From positions 32,001-96,000 of the forward strand of contig JAVJQW010000055.1 of assembly GCA_040218735.1 (NCBI GenBank): a stretch of 64,000 bases of DNA, read 5' to 3'. Below are positions 1 through 9,119 of this stretch, piece by piece. A model generated the notes under the pieces. That model was not told the DNA's origin. It searched no databases and saw only the letters and a list, made by a program, of their open reading frames with translations. The stretch is from Deltaproteobacteria bacterium (GTDB lineage: Bacteria; Myxococcota; Kuafuiibacteriia; Kuafuiibacteriales; Kuafuiibacteriaceae). A program made the position numbers and the translations under genes. Positions within the stretch are counted from its first letter, which is position 1. Every line of letters starts with the position of its first letter.

Positions 1-607
1 CCTCCGTCGAGGCGGCGAGCGCGTCTTGAACCTTCACGGAGAGCCGGCGAATCAGGCGCCCGTAGAGCGCCGCGCCGACGGCAACCACCGGGACCACCGC
101 CATCGAGACCCCGGCGAGCACGGGGCTCATCCACACGAGCAACACGACGCCGCCGAGCGTGCTCATGGTGTGGCGGAGCACCATCGAGACGTTCACGGTC
201 ACCGCGTTCTGCAGGACCGTGGTGTCGGACGCGAGGCGGTTCGTGAGCTCCCCGGTCCGGCGCTCGTCGAAGAACGCGATGTCCTGCGAGATGATGGCGC
301 GGAACAGGTTCTTGCGGAGGTCGGCGACGATGCGCTCGCCCGCCACGGTGAACAGCCACGCGCGCAGCATCGAGAAGACCGACTGCACGACGAACGCGCC
401 GAGGAGGACGAGCGTCGCGAGGTCGACGGCCTCGAGTGACTCGCCCTCGACGACGGCGTCGACCATGTACCGAATGACCTGCGGGTACGCGAGCACCATC
501 GACGAGCTGATGAGCAGCGCGATGGTTGCGACGACGAGGCGGGGGAGCTCGGGCCGAGCGAGCGAGACGAGTCGGCGTGTGTCGAGCCGGCCGCTGGTCG
601 AAGCCAC
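1..607 (-). CDS. ABC exporter (ABCB/MsbA-like), transmembrane domain; partial, runs off the window start
   Basis: Not in the ORF track. Read manually from GTG 607: VASTSGRLDTRRLVSLARPELPRLVVATIALL...FTVAGERIVADLRKNLFRAIISQDIAFFDERRTGELTNRLASDTTVLQ, a typical ABC_membrane segment. Confidence 0.88.
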   Translation of the reverse strand, partial: MASTSGRLDTRRLVSLARPELPRLVVATIALLISSSMVLAYPQVIRYMVDAVVEGESLEAVDLATLVLLGAFVVQSVFSMLRAWLFTVAGERIVADLRKNLFRAIISQDIAFFDERRTGELTNRLASDTTVLQNAVTVNVSMVLRHTMSTLGGVVLLVWMSPVLAGVSMAVVPVVAVGAALYGRLIRRLSVKVQDALAASTE

Positions 608-647
608 TGCTCGCCACTGCTACCACGCGGGTATGGCGAGCGGCGAT

Positions 648-1799
648 TCAGTCGTTCGGGTCGGGGTCCGACAGCGCTGGGTTGCTCACGAACGCGGGGT
701 CGGTCAGCGATTCGAGGAAGGCGACGAGCGCGTCGATCTCCTCGTCGTCGGTGATGAAGCCCTGCACGAGCCCCGACTTGAGCGGGTTCGTTCGTCCGTC
801 GCCGGCGTCGGGGCCGGACTCGATGATGCGGCCGCCGCGCGCGTAGTGTTCGGTGATGACTTCGCGCAGCGTCGCGATGCTTCCGTCGTGCATGTACGGC
901 GCGGTCAGCTCGACGTTCCGGAGGCTCTGCGGTCGAAACAGGCCGCGGTCCTTCGGGTCGAGCGTGAGGTCGTAGAGGCCTTGGTCGCGGCTCGGGTAGT
1001 CGCCGTCGCCGCCGACGTTGTACAGGCCGGTGTTGAAGAACGGGAACTGGGTGCTGCCCGCGTCCGAGTCGTTGTCGCGGTAGGAGACCGTGAAGTTCAC
1101 GCCGTTGTGGCAGTGGAAACATTCGAAGCGTTCGCCGTTGAAGAGCCGAAGCCCGCGAACCTGCTGCGAAGTCAGCGCGGAGGTGTCGCCGGCGACGTAG
1201 CGATCGTACGGCGCGTTGCCGGTGACCATCGTCCGCAGGAAACTCGCGAGCGCGAAGATCACCTTGTTGAGCGTGGCGCCGGTGTCGCTCTCGGGGAACG
1301 CCTCGGCAAAGCGCGCGGCGTACGTCGGGTCGTCGTCGAAGCGCGCGAGGACCTCCTCGCGGACGCTGTCGGTGATGCCGAGCTCCACCGGGTTGTCGGC
1401 GGTGAGCGGCACGCGCAGCTGATCCTCGAGCTCTTGGAAGCCGTCGTTACTCCACGTGAGCGTGGAGTGATAGACGGCGTTGCCGAGCCCCTGGCTGTTG
1501 CGCACGAGGCGCTGCCCCGTGGAGCCCTCCGGGGTGTCGACGCCGTCCGCGAACGCGCGGGCCTGCTCGTGGCACGAGCTGCACGCTTGCGTCTCGTTCG
1601 CGGAGAGGCGCTTCTCGTAGAAGAGCCACCGCCCCAGCTCGATCTTCTCGGCGGTGGGGACGTTGAAGTCGGGGATGGGCGGGAGCGCCATGTGGTCCGG
1701 CACCCCCAAGAGCGCACGCAGATCCTCCTCCCCCGCGTCGACCGCGGGCGCGCCACCACATCCGGCGGCGAACAGGAGGAGGATCGCGAAGCGTCGCAT
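648..1799 (-). CDS. mbnH: MbnH-like di-heme enzyme (cytochrome c peroxidase/MauG superfamily), lipoprotein
   Basis: Two CxxCH motifs (CSSCH, CFHCH), KIELGRWLFYEKRLS, LRNVELTAPYMHDGS; lipobox LFAAGC; ATG 1799 overlaps the mbnP stop (TGATG). Confidence 0.85.
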   Translation of the reverse strand: MRRFAILLLFAAGCGGAPAVDAGEEDLRALLGVPDHMALPPIPDFNVPTAEKIELGRWLFYEKRLSANETQACSSCHEQARAFADGVDTPEGSTGQRLVRNSQGLGNAVYHSTLTWSNDGFQELEDQLRVPLTADNPVELGITDSVREEVLARFDDDPTYAARFAEAFPESDTGATLNKVIFALASFLRTMVTGNAPYDRYVAGDTSALTSQQVRGLRLFNGERFECFHCHNGVNFTVSYRDNDSDAGSTQFPFFNTGLYNVGGDGDYPSRDQGLYDLTLDPKDRGLFRPQSLRNVELTAPYMHDGSIATLREVITEHYARGGRIIESGPDAGDGRTNPLKSGLVQGFITDDEEIDALVAFLESLTDPAFVSNPALSDPDPND

Positions 1800-2746
1800 C
1801 AGCGCGCCGAGAAGACCGCGTTCGTTCCGGTGCTGTCGCCGGTCGACATGTCGAGGCCGAGGTTCGTGAAGATCGACATGCAGTCGTCTTGCATCGGCGA
1901 CGAGTGGCACGACACGCCGGGGCCCATGCCGATCACGTCGTGCGGCGGGTTCGGGTCGCGAACGGCGGTGATGAAGTCGACGCCGTCCAGCAGCTCGCCG
2001 ACGTCGATCATGACCTTGTCGTTCGCCGCGTCGAAGCTGCTCAACGTGATGTGCGGGTTGTTCACGAAACCGCAGCTGTCGCGGTCCGTCAGCGCGCGCG
2101 CGCCGTCACCGCCGCAGTCGCGGCTGCCGACGTGCACGTAACCTTCGCCGGCCGTCGTCCCCGTCTCGACCGTGAAGTTGAACACGAGGTGCCGGTAGCC
2201 GGAGGCCCACGACCAGTACAGCTCGCCGAGCGGGGAGGGGGCGTCCTCGGCCGAGTTGGTCGCGATGACGTCCTTCATGATCGCTTGCGGCAACCCGATG
2301 TCGAGCTCGACCGCGGCGATGTCGCCGTGGACCATGCCGGTGATGCGATCGTTCGTGCGCGCCGTGCCCTCGCCGCCCGCGAGCGCGGAGTCCGCGCACG
2401 TCCCGGACGTGTTGCCGGTCAGGTCGATCAGCGCGACCGACCCGGCGTCACTCGTGTACTGGAAGTCGTTGGTGTCGAGCGTCGCTTCGAGCTCGGTGCC
2501 GTCGGCGTCGAGGAGCCGGACGCCGCTGACGTAGAAGCGGATGTCGCTGATGCCGACCGCCGTCGCGCCGCCCGGGCCCATCCCGGCGATGTCGCTCGTG
2601 CAGTCGACTGCGTTGCCGCCGGCCATCGCGCCGAAGCTCAACGTGAACGCCTCCATCTCGTGGTGCATGTGGTCATCGCCGTCGGAGCCGGAGCAGGCCA
2701 CAAGGCCCACGGCGAGGGGGGCGGTGAGGAGGATGCGTCGAATCAT
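1799..2746 (-). CDS. mbnP: MbnP-family copper-binding lipoprotein
   Basis: C-terminal part of ORF 1799..5197 from ATG 2746; lipobox GLVAC, DIRFYVS, WxW motif (YWSWASGY), HVGSRDC, SCHS; His/Met-rich DDHMHHEM; adjacent to the MbnH-like gene. Confidence 0.82.
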   Translation of the reverse strand: MIRRILLTAPLAVGLVACSGSDGDDHMHHEMEAFTLSFGAMAGGNAVDCTSDIAGMGPGGATAVGISDIRFYVSGVRLLDADGTELEATLDTNDFQYTSDAGSVALIDLTGNTSGTCADSALAGGEGTARTNDRITGMVHGDIAAVELDIGLPQAIMKDVIATNSAEDAPSPLGELYWSWASGYRHLVFNFTVETGTTAGEGYVHVGSRDCGGDGARALTDRDSCGFVNNPHITLSSFDAANDKVMIDVGELLDGVDFITAVRDPNPPHDVIGMGPGVSCHSSPMQDDCMSIFTNLGLDMSTGDSTGTNAVFSAR

Positions 2747-2950
2747 GCCCTCCGTGATGCCGGCCGAAGCGCGGCGGCGGAATGCGGCACGATGACGCTG
2801 CGACGGTCTGCCGCAGCGGGAAAAGCCGAGCGTCTCGCCGTCCGCGTTACACCCGAACGCGGCCCTGCCTCCAACTCCCTCGAAACGCCGCGGACCGCGC
2901 GGGGAACCATCTGAGCGCCGCCTGGCGCCATCTTCGAGGAGCACAACACG

Positions 2951-4621
2951 ATGAACATCAACCTGACCTGCGCGGTCTCGCCGCGACGCCGTGGCCCGAC
3001 GCTGGCCTTGACCTTCGTGGCCGTGGCCGCATGCGGTGGTCCCGTCGACGGCGGGTCCGAGGCGCTGGGCCTCGATGACTCCGGTCCAGAGGTCGAGCTC
3101 GTGAACGCGTACCTGGCGCGGTCGGGCTACTTTCCGAACGACGAGATCGCCCAGCGTTGGTTGGACTGGGTGCCGGCCGTCGCCGAGGGACCGGCGGCGC
3201 CGGATGTCTTCGACGCGCGTACGCAGGAGGCCGTCGAGATCTTCCAGGCGGCCCATGGACTCGAGGTCACCGGCGTCGCCGACGAAGAGACGATCGCGAT
3301 GATGAACGCGCCCCGTTGCGGCAACCCGGTCCGTCACGCGGGCGCCGACGACGACAAGTGGCACCACGACGCGCAGTACTCGTCGCCCTACGCCTACGGC
3401 GCGACGTTCCTGTATCGCGTCGAAGGGATGCCGGGCCAGGGGTGGACCGTCGCGCAGCGCGATGCTGCGGTCGCCGCGGCGTTCGCGGTTTGGCACCCGC
3501 ACATCAGCGTGCGGTTCGTGCAGACCACCGGGAGCTCCCACGCCCTGATTCGTTTCCGGATGATCGATGGTCCGGGTGGGACGCTGGGCCTCACGTACAA
3601 CAACTACTGGGGCGGGTCCCGCCACTCGATCGACATGGACACCTGGGAGGGGTGGACGCCCAACGGCAGCGTCAACATGTCGAACACGTTGGTGCACGAG
3701 ATCGGCCACATGCTCGGCTTCGATCACTCCGGCATCGGCGGCGCCGTCATGTTCCCCACCGGCGGAACCTTCGGGACGGCGGTGCTGCACGACGACGACC
3801 TCGCGGCGACGACGTTCAGGTACCGACGTTGGAACACGACCTCGGGCCTGGCGCGCGACATCGACTCCGGTGCGGCGGGGACCTGGGTCGTGGGTGAGAT
3901 GTACGGGGGCCCGGGGGGCGCACCGATCTACCGTCGGGTCGGCAACGGGTGGTCGATGACGAACGGGCACGCCGTGCGGGTCGCCGTCGGTGACGTCCCG
4001 TGGGTGGTCAACGCAGGTGGCTACATCTATCGCCGCCTCGGCGTCACCTCCAGCAACCCGAGCGGCACGTCCTGGTACGACGTCAGCTACGGCCAGCGCG
4101 CGTTCGACGTGGGCGCGGGGTCGGCGCACAACGCTTGGATCGTATCGCGCACGCCGCGGGGCGCGGGTGGGTACGCGATCATGCGCTTCACCGGATCGAA
4201 CTGGGTCGAGGTCGGCGGCGCCGCGGTCCGTATCTCCGTCGGGGCCGACGGCACGGTGCACGTCGTCAACGCGGCCGGCTACGTGTACGAGCGCTCGGGT
4301 ATCACGGCGTCCAATCCGAACGGATCCTACTGGCGTCGCCTGACGAACCTCGCGCCGAACAGCTTCGGCAACGAGACGGGCGTCGCGGTCGACGTCTCGA
4401 CCTCGCGGACCGGCATCGCGTGGGCCGTGGGTACGGCCGACGGCGCTCCGTACACGTTCGTACGTCAGGAGCAGCCTTCCACCACGGCCGGGGGTGGCGC
4501 CTCCGCGTTCGACCGCTGGGTGCCGATCCCCGGGGGCGGCACGAACATCGGCGTCTACGATGCCCATGACCCGTGGATGGCGTACTCGAACTATGTGATT
4601 CGGCGCCGCGGGACGCAGTAG
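2951..4621 (+). CDS. Matrixin (M10) metalloprotease lipoprotein with PG-binding-like prodomain and tectonin beta-propeller repeats
   Basis: HEIGHMLGFDH zinc motif, Met-turn AVMFP, cysteine switch APRCG, FQAAHGLEVTG; C-terminal repeats GVTSSNPSGTSW and GITASNPNGSYW; GAGGAG upstream. Confidence 0.85.
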   Translation: MNINLTCAVSPRRRGPTLALTFVAVAACGGPVDGGSEALGLDDSGPEVELVNAYLARSGYFPNDEIAQRWLDWVPAVAEGPAAPDVFDARTQEAVEIFQAAHGLEVTGVADEETIAMMNAPRCGNPVRHAGADDDKWHHDAQYSSPYAYGATFLYRVEGMPGQGWTVAQRDAAVAAAFAVWHPHISVRFVQTTGSSHALIRFRMIDGPGGTLGLTYNNYWGGSRHSIDMDTWEGWTPNGSVNMSNTLVHEIGHMLGFDHSGIGGAVMFPTGGTFGTAVLHDDDLAATTFRYRRWNTTSGLARDIDSGAAGTWVVGEMYGGPGGAPIYRRVGNGWSMTNGHAVRVAVGDVPWVVNAGGYIYRRLGVTSSNPSGTSWYDVSYGQRAFDVGAGSAHNAWIVSRTPRGAGGYAIMRFTGSNWVEVGGAAVRISVGADGTVHVVNAAGYVYERSGITASNPNGSYWRRLTNLAPNSFGNETGVAVDVSTSRTGIAWAVGTADGAPYTFVRQEQPSTTAGGGASAFDRWVPIPGGGTNIGVYDAHDPWMAYSNYVIRRRGTQ

Positions 4622-4626
4622 TCTAC

Positions 4627-5715
4627 GTGCCTCGGGCGGGTTGGCGCGGTGCGGCGCTGGTGGCGTTCGCTGTGCTCGCCGCGTGCGGTGAGCCGGCGAA
4701 CGTCGAGCGTGACGCCCGCGGCGTGATCTACGGGGACGACGATCGGGTCGAGCTGATCGATCTTCCGAACCCGGTCGTCCGCCGCGTCGGACGCTTCTCC
4801 GTCGCCGCGCTCGTGCGTAGCGACCGGTTGGAGGCGGGTACGCTCGTGGGGCCGAGCTGGGGCGCCGTCGAGGCGCTGTGTCCCGACGTCCGCTTCCGCG
4901 AGCAGCCCGTCGTCGCGGCCTGCACGGCCGTGCTCCTCGGCGCCGACGTCGTCGCGACCGCCGCGCACTGCGCTCGCCTGTGCGCGCACTCGAAGATCGT
5001 CTTCGGCGCGTACTTCGTCGACGAGGACGGCGTGCTCGCAATCTCGGACGGGGACGTCTACGCCTGTAGCGACGTCGTCGCGGAGCTCCGCACCGACGAG
5101 GACGTCGATGTCGCGTGGCTGCGCCTCGATCGCCCCGTCGAGGGCGCCCTCGTCCCCGCGCGCGCGAGGAGCGCACCGGCCTCACGCGACGAATCACTCA
5201 CCCTCCTGGGGTTCGGCGGCGGCCTCCCGATGAAGGCGGCTCCGAACGGACGTGTCATCGATGTCGGCAACGAGGTCCTTCGGACGTCACACGATGCGTT
5301 CGCGGGGGGCTCGGGCGGTCCGCTCGTCGATGCCCACGGCGACGTCGTCGCGATCTTCGGCGGCGGCGCAAACGACTTCGAGTACACCCCAGACGGTTGC
5401 CGCCGGCCGGTCGTTCACGCCGATGGCGGCTTCGAACGCGCGACGTCGATCGCGACGGCGGCCTCGTCGCTGTGCCGCGCGGACGCCTGTGATCCGCTCT
5501 GCGCCCAGTTCGGGCTCCAGGCGCTCTGCGCGAATGCGTCGGGCGGTTGTTCCGCGCACCCGGGGGCGCGCCGCGGCGGGCTGGGCTGGATCCTCGGCTT
5601 GGGGCTGCTCGTGTGCGCGGCGCGCGCGGCGGGTGAGGTCAGAGGCCCTCGAGCTGCAGCGGCTTCTTCGAGACGAGGCCCGGGAACATGTAGAGCTTCG
5701 CGCCCGACTCGCTGA
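4627..5715 (+). CDS. Trypsin-like serine protease, lipoprotein, with MYXO-CTERM-like tail
   Basis: TAAHC, DVAWLRLD and AGGSGGPL catalytic motifs; VIYGDDDR; lipobox VLAAC; GGCS...GWILGLGLLV; start GTG 4627 chosen by eye. Confidence 0.8.
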   Translation: MPRAGWRGAALVAFAVLAACGEPANVERDARGVIYGDDDRVELIDLPNPVVRRVGRFSVAALVRSDRLEAGTLVGPSWGAVEALCPDVRFREQPVVAACTAVLLGADVVATAAHCARLCAHSKIVFGAYFVDEDGVLAISDGDVYACSDVVAELRTDEDVDVAWLRLDRPVEGALVPARARSAPASRDESLTLLGFGGGLPMKAAPNGRVIDVGNEVLRTSHDAFAGGSGGPLVDAHGDVVAIFGGGANDFEYTPDGCRRPVVHADGGFERATSIATAASSLCRADACDPLCAQFGLQALCANASGGCSAHPGARRGGLGWILGLGLLVCAARAAGEVRGPRAAAASSRRGPGTCRASRPTR

Positions 5716-6130
5716 TGTCGACCTGCACGAAGCCGTCGTCCCGCATGCGCTCGAGCTGCTTCTCCGCGGCGCGCATGCTCAGCGTGGTCTTCGCGGCGAC
5801 GATGTCGACGGTGACCACGCCCTCCTCTTCGTGGGCGACGCGCAGGATCTGTTGCTCGGGGCTGAGGTCCCTCATGCGCGTCGTGTAGGAAGGGAGCGCG
5901 CCCGCGGTCTTCGCGGTGGCGAGCGCCGCGCCCGCGTTCTCGGCCTCGACCATGGTCTGCATGCGGATCAGATCGACGAGGGTGCCAAAGCCGAACAGAC
6001 CCCAGGTCACGATCCACAGGATGCCGGTGAGCGGGCGGTTCAGATAGAAGCGGTGGAGCCCCGCGACGGGGGTGAAGAAGCCAGCGATCGCCAGCGCGTA
6101 GCTGACGTTGAGGTTCTTGGTCGGCTCCAC
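5639..6130 (-). CDS. TM2 domain membrane protein with C-terminal wHTH-like region
   Basis: GLHRFYL...GILWIVTWGLFGFGTLVDL is the TM2 signature; start GTG 6130 chosen by eye. Confidence 0.8.
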   Translation of the reverse strand: MEPTKNLNVSYALAIAGFFTPVAGLHRFYLNRPLTGILWIVTWGLFGFGTLVDLIRMQTMVEAENAGAALATAKTAGALPSYTTRMRDLSPEQQILRVAHEEEGVVTVDIVAAKTTLSMRAAEKQLERMRDDGFVQVDISESGAKLYMFPGLVSKKPLQLEGL

Positions 6131-6137
6131 CTGGCCA

Positions 6138-8681
6138 TCATGGTCCCACGGGGAGGTCGGACAAGTCGAAGGTGATACGCGCCCGCCCGAACAGCTCCGC
6201 GTACGCACGATCCGCCGCGGCGCGCACCTCGTCCTCCGAGCCCGACAGGAGCGTGTCGAGGGGCCCTTCCCGCTCGAGCGCCACCCGCGCGACGTGACCG
6301 GCGAAGGCCTCGGGCGTCCGATCGCGCTGCGCCGAGATCGCGAGGAAGTGCACGAGCGCGAGGCGCGGCAGGTTCGAGTGCGCGACCTCCGCGAGGTACG
6401 CGGACAGCTCCGCGGTCGCGAACGCGATCGCGTCCTCCGAGTAACCCGCCATCGTCGCGCGCAGCGCAGCCGGGGCTTCGAGCGAACGACCGTCGATCAC
6501 GTGCTGCACCTCGTGCACCTCGACCTTGCGCGCGAGCACCTCCACGATGACGGGCTCGATGCGTCGTCGCACGTCCTCACATTCGGCGCCGCCTTCGCGC
6601 TTTGCCATCGGGGCCGGCTCGATGCGCTGCGCGAGGATCTCGACCGGCTCGGATCGCCAGCCGCCTTCGTAGGTGAGGGTGCCGTCTTCGATGCACGCGA
6701 CGAGCGCGGCGAAGCTGTCGCCGTCGACGCGTGGATCCGCGTCGAGCGCGCGCATCAGGTCGGCGTAGAGGAGGTACGCGTAGTCTTCGTAGATGCGGGC
6801 GTAGTGGGAGAGCGTCCCTCCGGCGAGCGCGGGCGCGAGGTCGTCGCGCCAGTAGTCACGCACCACGTCGAGGATCACCATGCCGCGCGGCTGGTCGCGC
6901 TTCGTCCAGCCGAGCTGACGCTCCACGACGTTGGTGTGATCGAGGCGGTCGACCCACAGCGCGGCGTAGGAGGCGTCGCCCGCGCGTGCGATGCGCGTGC
7001 GCCGGATGCGGTACGTCTTGAGGTAGAAGATCCACTGGTCGCGGCGTCGGTTCCCGAGCACGTTGACGTCGACGTAGAACGGGAGCCCCGCCTCGCGCGC
7101 CGCGACGTTGATCGCCTCGCCGCTGCGTCGCAACGTGCGCGCGTTGTCACGGACGTCGCGCGCCGCTCCCCCCATGCGCTCGATCGCGGCGGCGAGATCC
7201 GGGTGCCCGTCGGCGGCGGTCACCGCGCGCGCGGTGACTTCGTCGAGTAGCGCGTGATCGTCCGGCGCGGACTGACCCGCGGCGATCGCGATGCGCGGGA
7301 GGTGGTCGCGGTAGAGCGCGAGCGCCCACCCGGTGTCGTCGACGATGCGCCACGGCGCGGCGTGCGGCGTCGTGAGCCGGGCGGTGACCGTCGCGCCTAT
7401 CGCGAGGGTGACGATCCCGATCGCCGCCATCGTCTCGACCCGACGGCCCTTCGCGATCCAGCGGGCGATCGGGCTCGAGGGGGGAGGCGCGCGCGGTGGC
7501 TCGTCCTCGGAGGGCGGACGCGAGACGTCACCCCACAGCAGGCGCAGGACGTCGTCGCGCACGAGCCAGTACGGCGCGAGGTGGGAGTGATGATGCGCGA
7601 CCTCGCTGAACAACGCCGCGAACCGCTCCCGCACGATGCGGCGGACGATCGGCCGGTACTCGGGGAGGGCCTTCGCGAAGTCCGGGGCGCTGTCGCCGGC
7701 CTCGAGGAGCGCGCCATACAGAAGCTCGTCGCGGAGGAGTCGCGTGGGGTGGTGACAATCGGCGCCGAGCGGATCGAAGAGCTGCTCCAGGATCCCGGAC
7801 ACCGAGAAGGCGATCGTCATCGTCGCGGCGACGAAGACGGCGGCGGTCCGCGCGCCGAGGAGGACGTAGCCGTCGTCCCCGAAGGTCGCGGCGCCCTTGA
7901 GCCCGAGCGTCAGGAGGATGGCGGGGGGCAGCGCGAGGATCCACCCCGTCGCGCTCGACGTCGTGCCGGTCCGACGTAGGCTTCGCCACGCACCGAACGC
8001 CACCAGCGCCAACGGTAGCGAAGACGTCACGAGCTGCGTGAGCGCGGCGCGGCGGTGGTCGAGCGAGACGTCGAGCGACACGGCCGCGGCCAGTCCGTCC
8101 CACCACAAGACCGCGACGGGCCCGCCCGGGGATGGCCAGCTGAACGCGGCGACCGCGGCGAGGGTCGCGAGCCCGACGAGCGCCGCGGCGATGCGCGCCG
8201 AACGCATCAGCCCTTCGATCCCCGCGCGCCACCGGGTCGCGGCGGCGATGAGCCCGACGGCCAGGACCATGAACGGCGCCGTGCTCTGCATCGCGAGCGG
8301 TACGAGCACGACGAGCCCGGACGCGAGCGGACGTGAAGTGAGGAGCGCGACGCTCGCCACGGCGAGGAGCGCGAGGCCGAGCAGCCCGGTGCTCAGGCGC
8401 GAGCGGCGGCTGCGACCGAGGAGGATCAACCCGACGCTCGCGAACAACAGCGCGATCGCGTGTGCGAGGAAAGCTGGGTCGTCGATCAGGTCGACCGGCC
8501 ACACCAACCCCAGCGCCTCCATCTGGACGGGCCCGAGCGCGACGAAGAGGAGGAAAGCCCCCGCCCAAGCGAGCGCGCGTTTCGCGGCTGGGCGGATCCC
8601 CCCCAGCGTTGGCTCCCCCGCGGACACCCCCAACGCTATCCTGCAGTCCTCGGGCGCAGGATGGAAACCGCGGTCGCCCAT
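6138..8681 (-). CDS. Large polytopic membrane protein with soluble C-terminal HExxH-containing domain
   Basis: 847-aa ORF; many hydrophobic segments in the N-terminal ~300 aa, one further TM, then VHEVQH...ELSAY; start uncertain. Confidence 0.65.
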   Translation of the reverse strand: MGDRGFHPAPEDCRIALGVSAGEPTLGGIRPAAKRALAWAGAFLLFVALGPVQMEALGLVWPVDLIDDPAFLAHAIALLFASVGLILLGRSRRSRLSTGLLGLALLAVASVALLTSRPLASGLVVLVPLAMQSTAPFMVLAVGLIAAATRWRAGIEGLMRSARIAAALVGLATLAAVAAFSWPSPGGPVAVLWWDGLAAAVSLDVSLDHRRAALTQLVTSSLPLALVAFGAWRSLRRTGTTSSATGWILALPPAILLTLGLKGAATFGDDGYVLLGARTAAVFVAATMTIAFSVSGILEQLFDPLGADCHHPTRLLRDELLYGALLEAGDSAPDFAKALPEYRPIVRRIVRERFAALFSEVAHHHSHLAPYWLVRDDVLRLLWGDVSRPPSEDEPPRAPPPSSPIARWIAKGRRVETMAAIGIVTLAIGATVTARLTTPHAAPWRIVDDTGWALALYRDHLPRIAIAAGQSAPDDHALLDEVTARAVTAADGHPDLAAAIERMGGAARDVRDNARTLRRSGEAINVAAREAGLPFYVDVNVLGNRRRDQWIFYLKTYRIRRTRIARAGDASYAALWVDRLDHTNVVERQLGWTKRDQPRGMVILDVVRDYWRDDLAPALAGGTLSHYARIYEDYAYLLYADLMRALDADPRVDGDSFAALVACIEDGTLTYEGGWRSEPVEILAQRIEPAPMAKREGGAECEDVRRRIEPVIVEVLARKVEVHEVQHVIDGRSLEAPAALRATMAGYSEDAIAFATAELSAYLAEVAHSNLPRLALVHFLAISAQRDRTPEAFAGHVARVALEREGPLDTLLSGSEDEVRAAADRAYAELFGRARITFDLSDLPVGP

Positions 8682-8804
8682 TCGACCGTTCGGACACCAC
8701 GTCGGGCCTCCGCGTTCCCCTGACCCGATCTGAAGGTAAAGGTATGTAAGTGTATTGTAATGTAGTCAAGTGCTGGATATCACTGCGCTTTTCTGCTTTT
8801 TTCG

Positions 8805-8833
8805 CGCAACGAGTGAGACGCGTGACCCGATAA
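8805..8833 (+). promoter_or_regulatory. sigma-28-like promoter candidate (CGCAAC-N15-CCCGATAA)
   Basis: -10 resembles the FliA consensus GCCGATAA; same architecture recurs at 24412-24441(-), 24457-24486(+) and 53903-53931(+). Confidence 0.55.
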
Positions 8834-8896
8834 GCTGGTCGTTGGTTTCGGGTGCCCAGGACGGCGCCTGGCCAACCACCGAAGGAGAAGCGTCCC

Positions 8897-9094
8897 ATGA
8901 GCTCGTTCATCCAGCAGTACAACCGTGACTCCGCCTTCATGCGCCTCGAGCGCGCGCGCTCGGCGACGCAGGAAGCGTCGTCGCGCTCGATGGAGGCCCA
9001 GCACATCATGGAGGGCCTCCTGAACATGGGCATGAAGCTCGGCGGGATGCTCCTCGGGATGCTCGGGAGCTGCGCGGGCTGCGCCGGCATGTAA
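8897..9094 (+). CDS. Small 65-aa protein, Met/Gly-rich hydrophobic C-terminus ending GSCAGCAGM
   Basis: Strong SD GAAGGAG at 8881-8887, ATG 8897, high-GC3 codon usage, TAA stop. Confidence 0.75.
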   Translation: MSSFIQQYNRDSAFMRLERARSATQEASSRSMEAQHIMEGLLNMGMKLGGMLLGMLGSCAGCAGM

Positions 9095-9119
9095 AGGCGC
9101 GCTAAGCTGACCGTCCCGC

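Noticed and set aside
159-2141. 660-aa plus-strand ORF and many other long overlapping ORFs (e.g. 1799..5197 N-part, 11990..13618, 52201..53799, 53846..55663, 62612..63967)
   Set aside because: Antisense or off-frame shadows of real genes, typical of ~70% GC DNA; Arg/Pro/Ala-rich with no motifs
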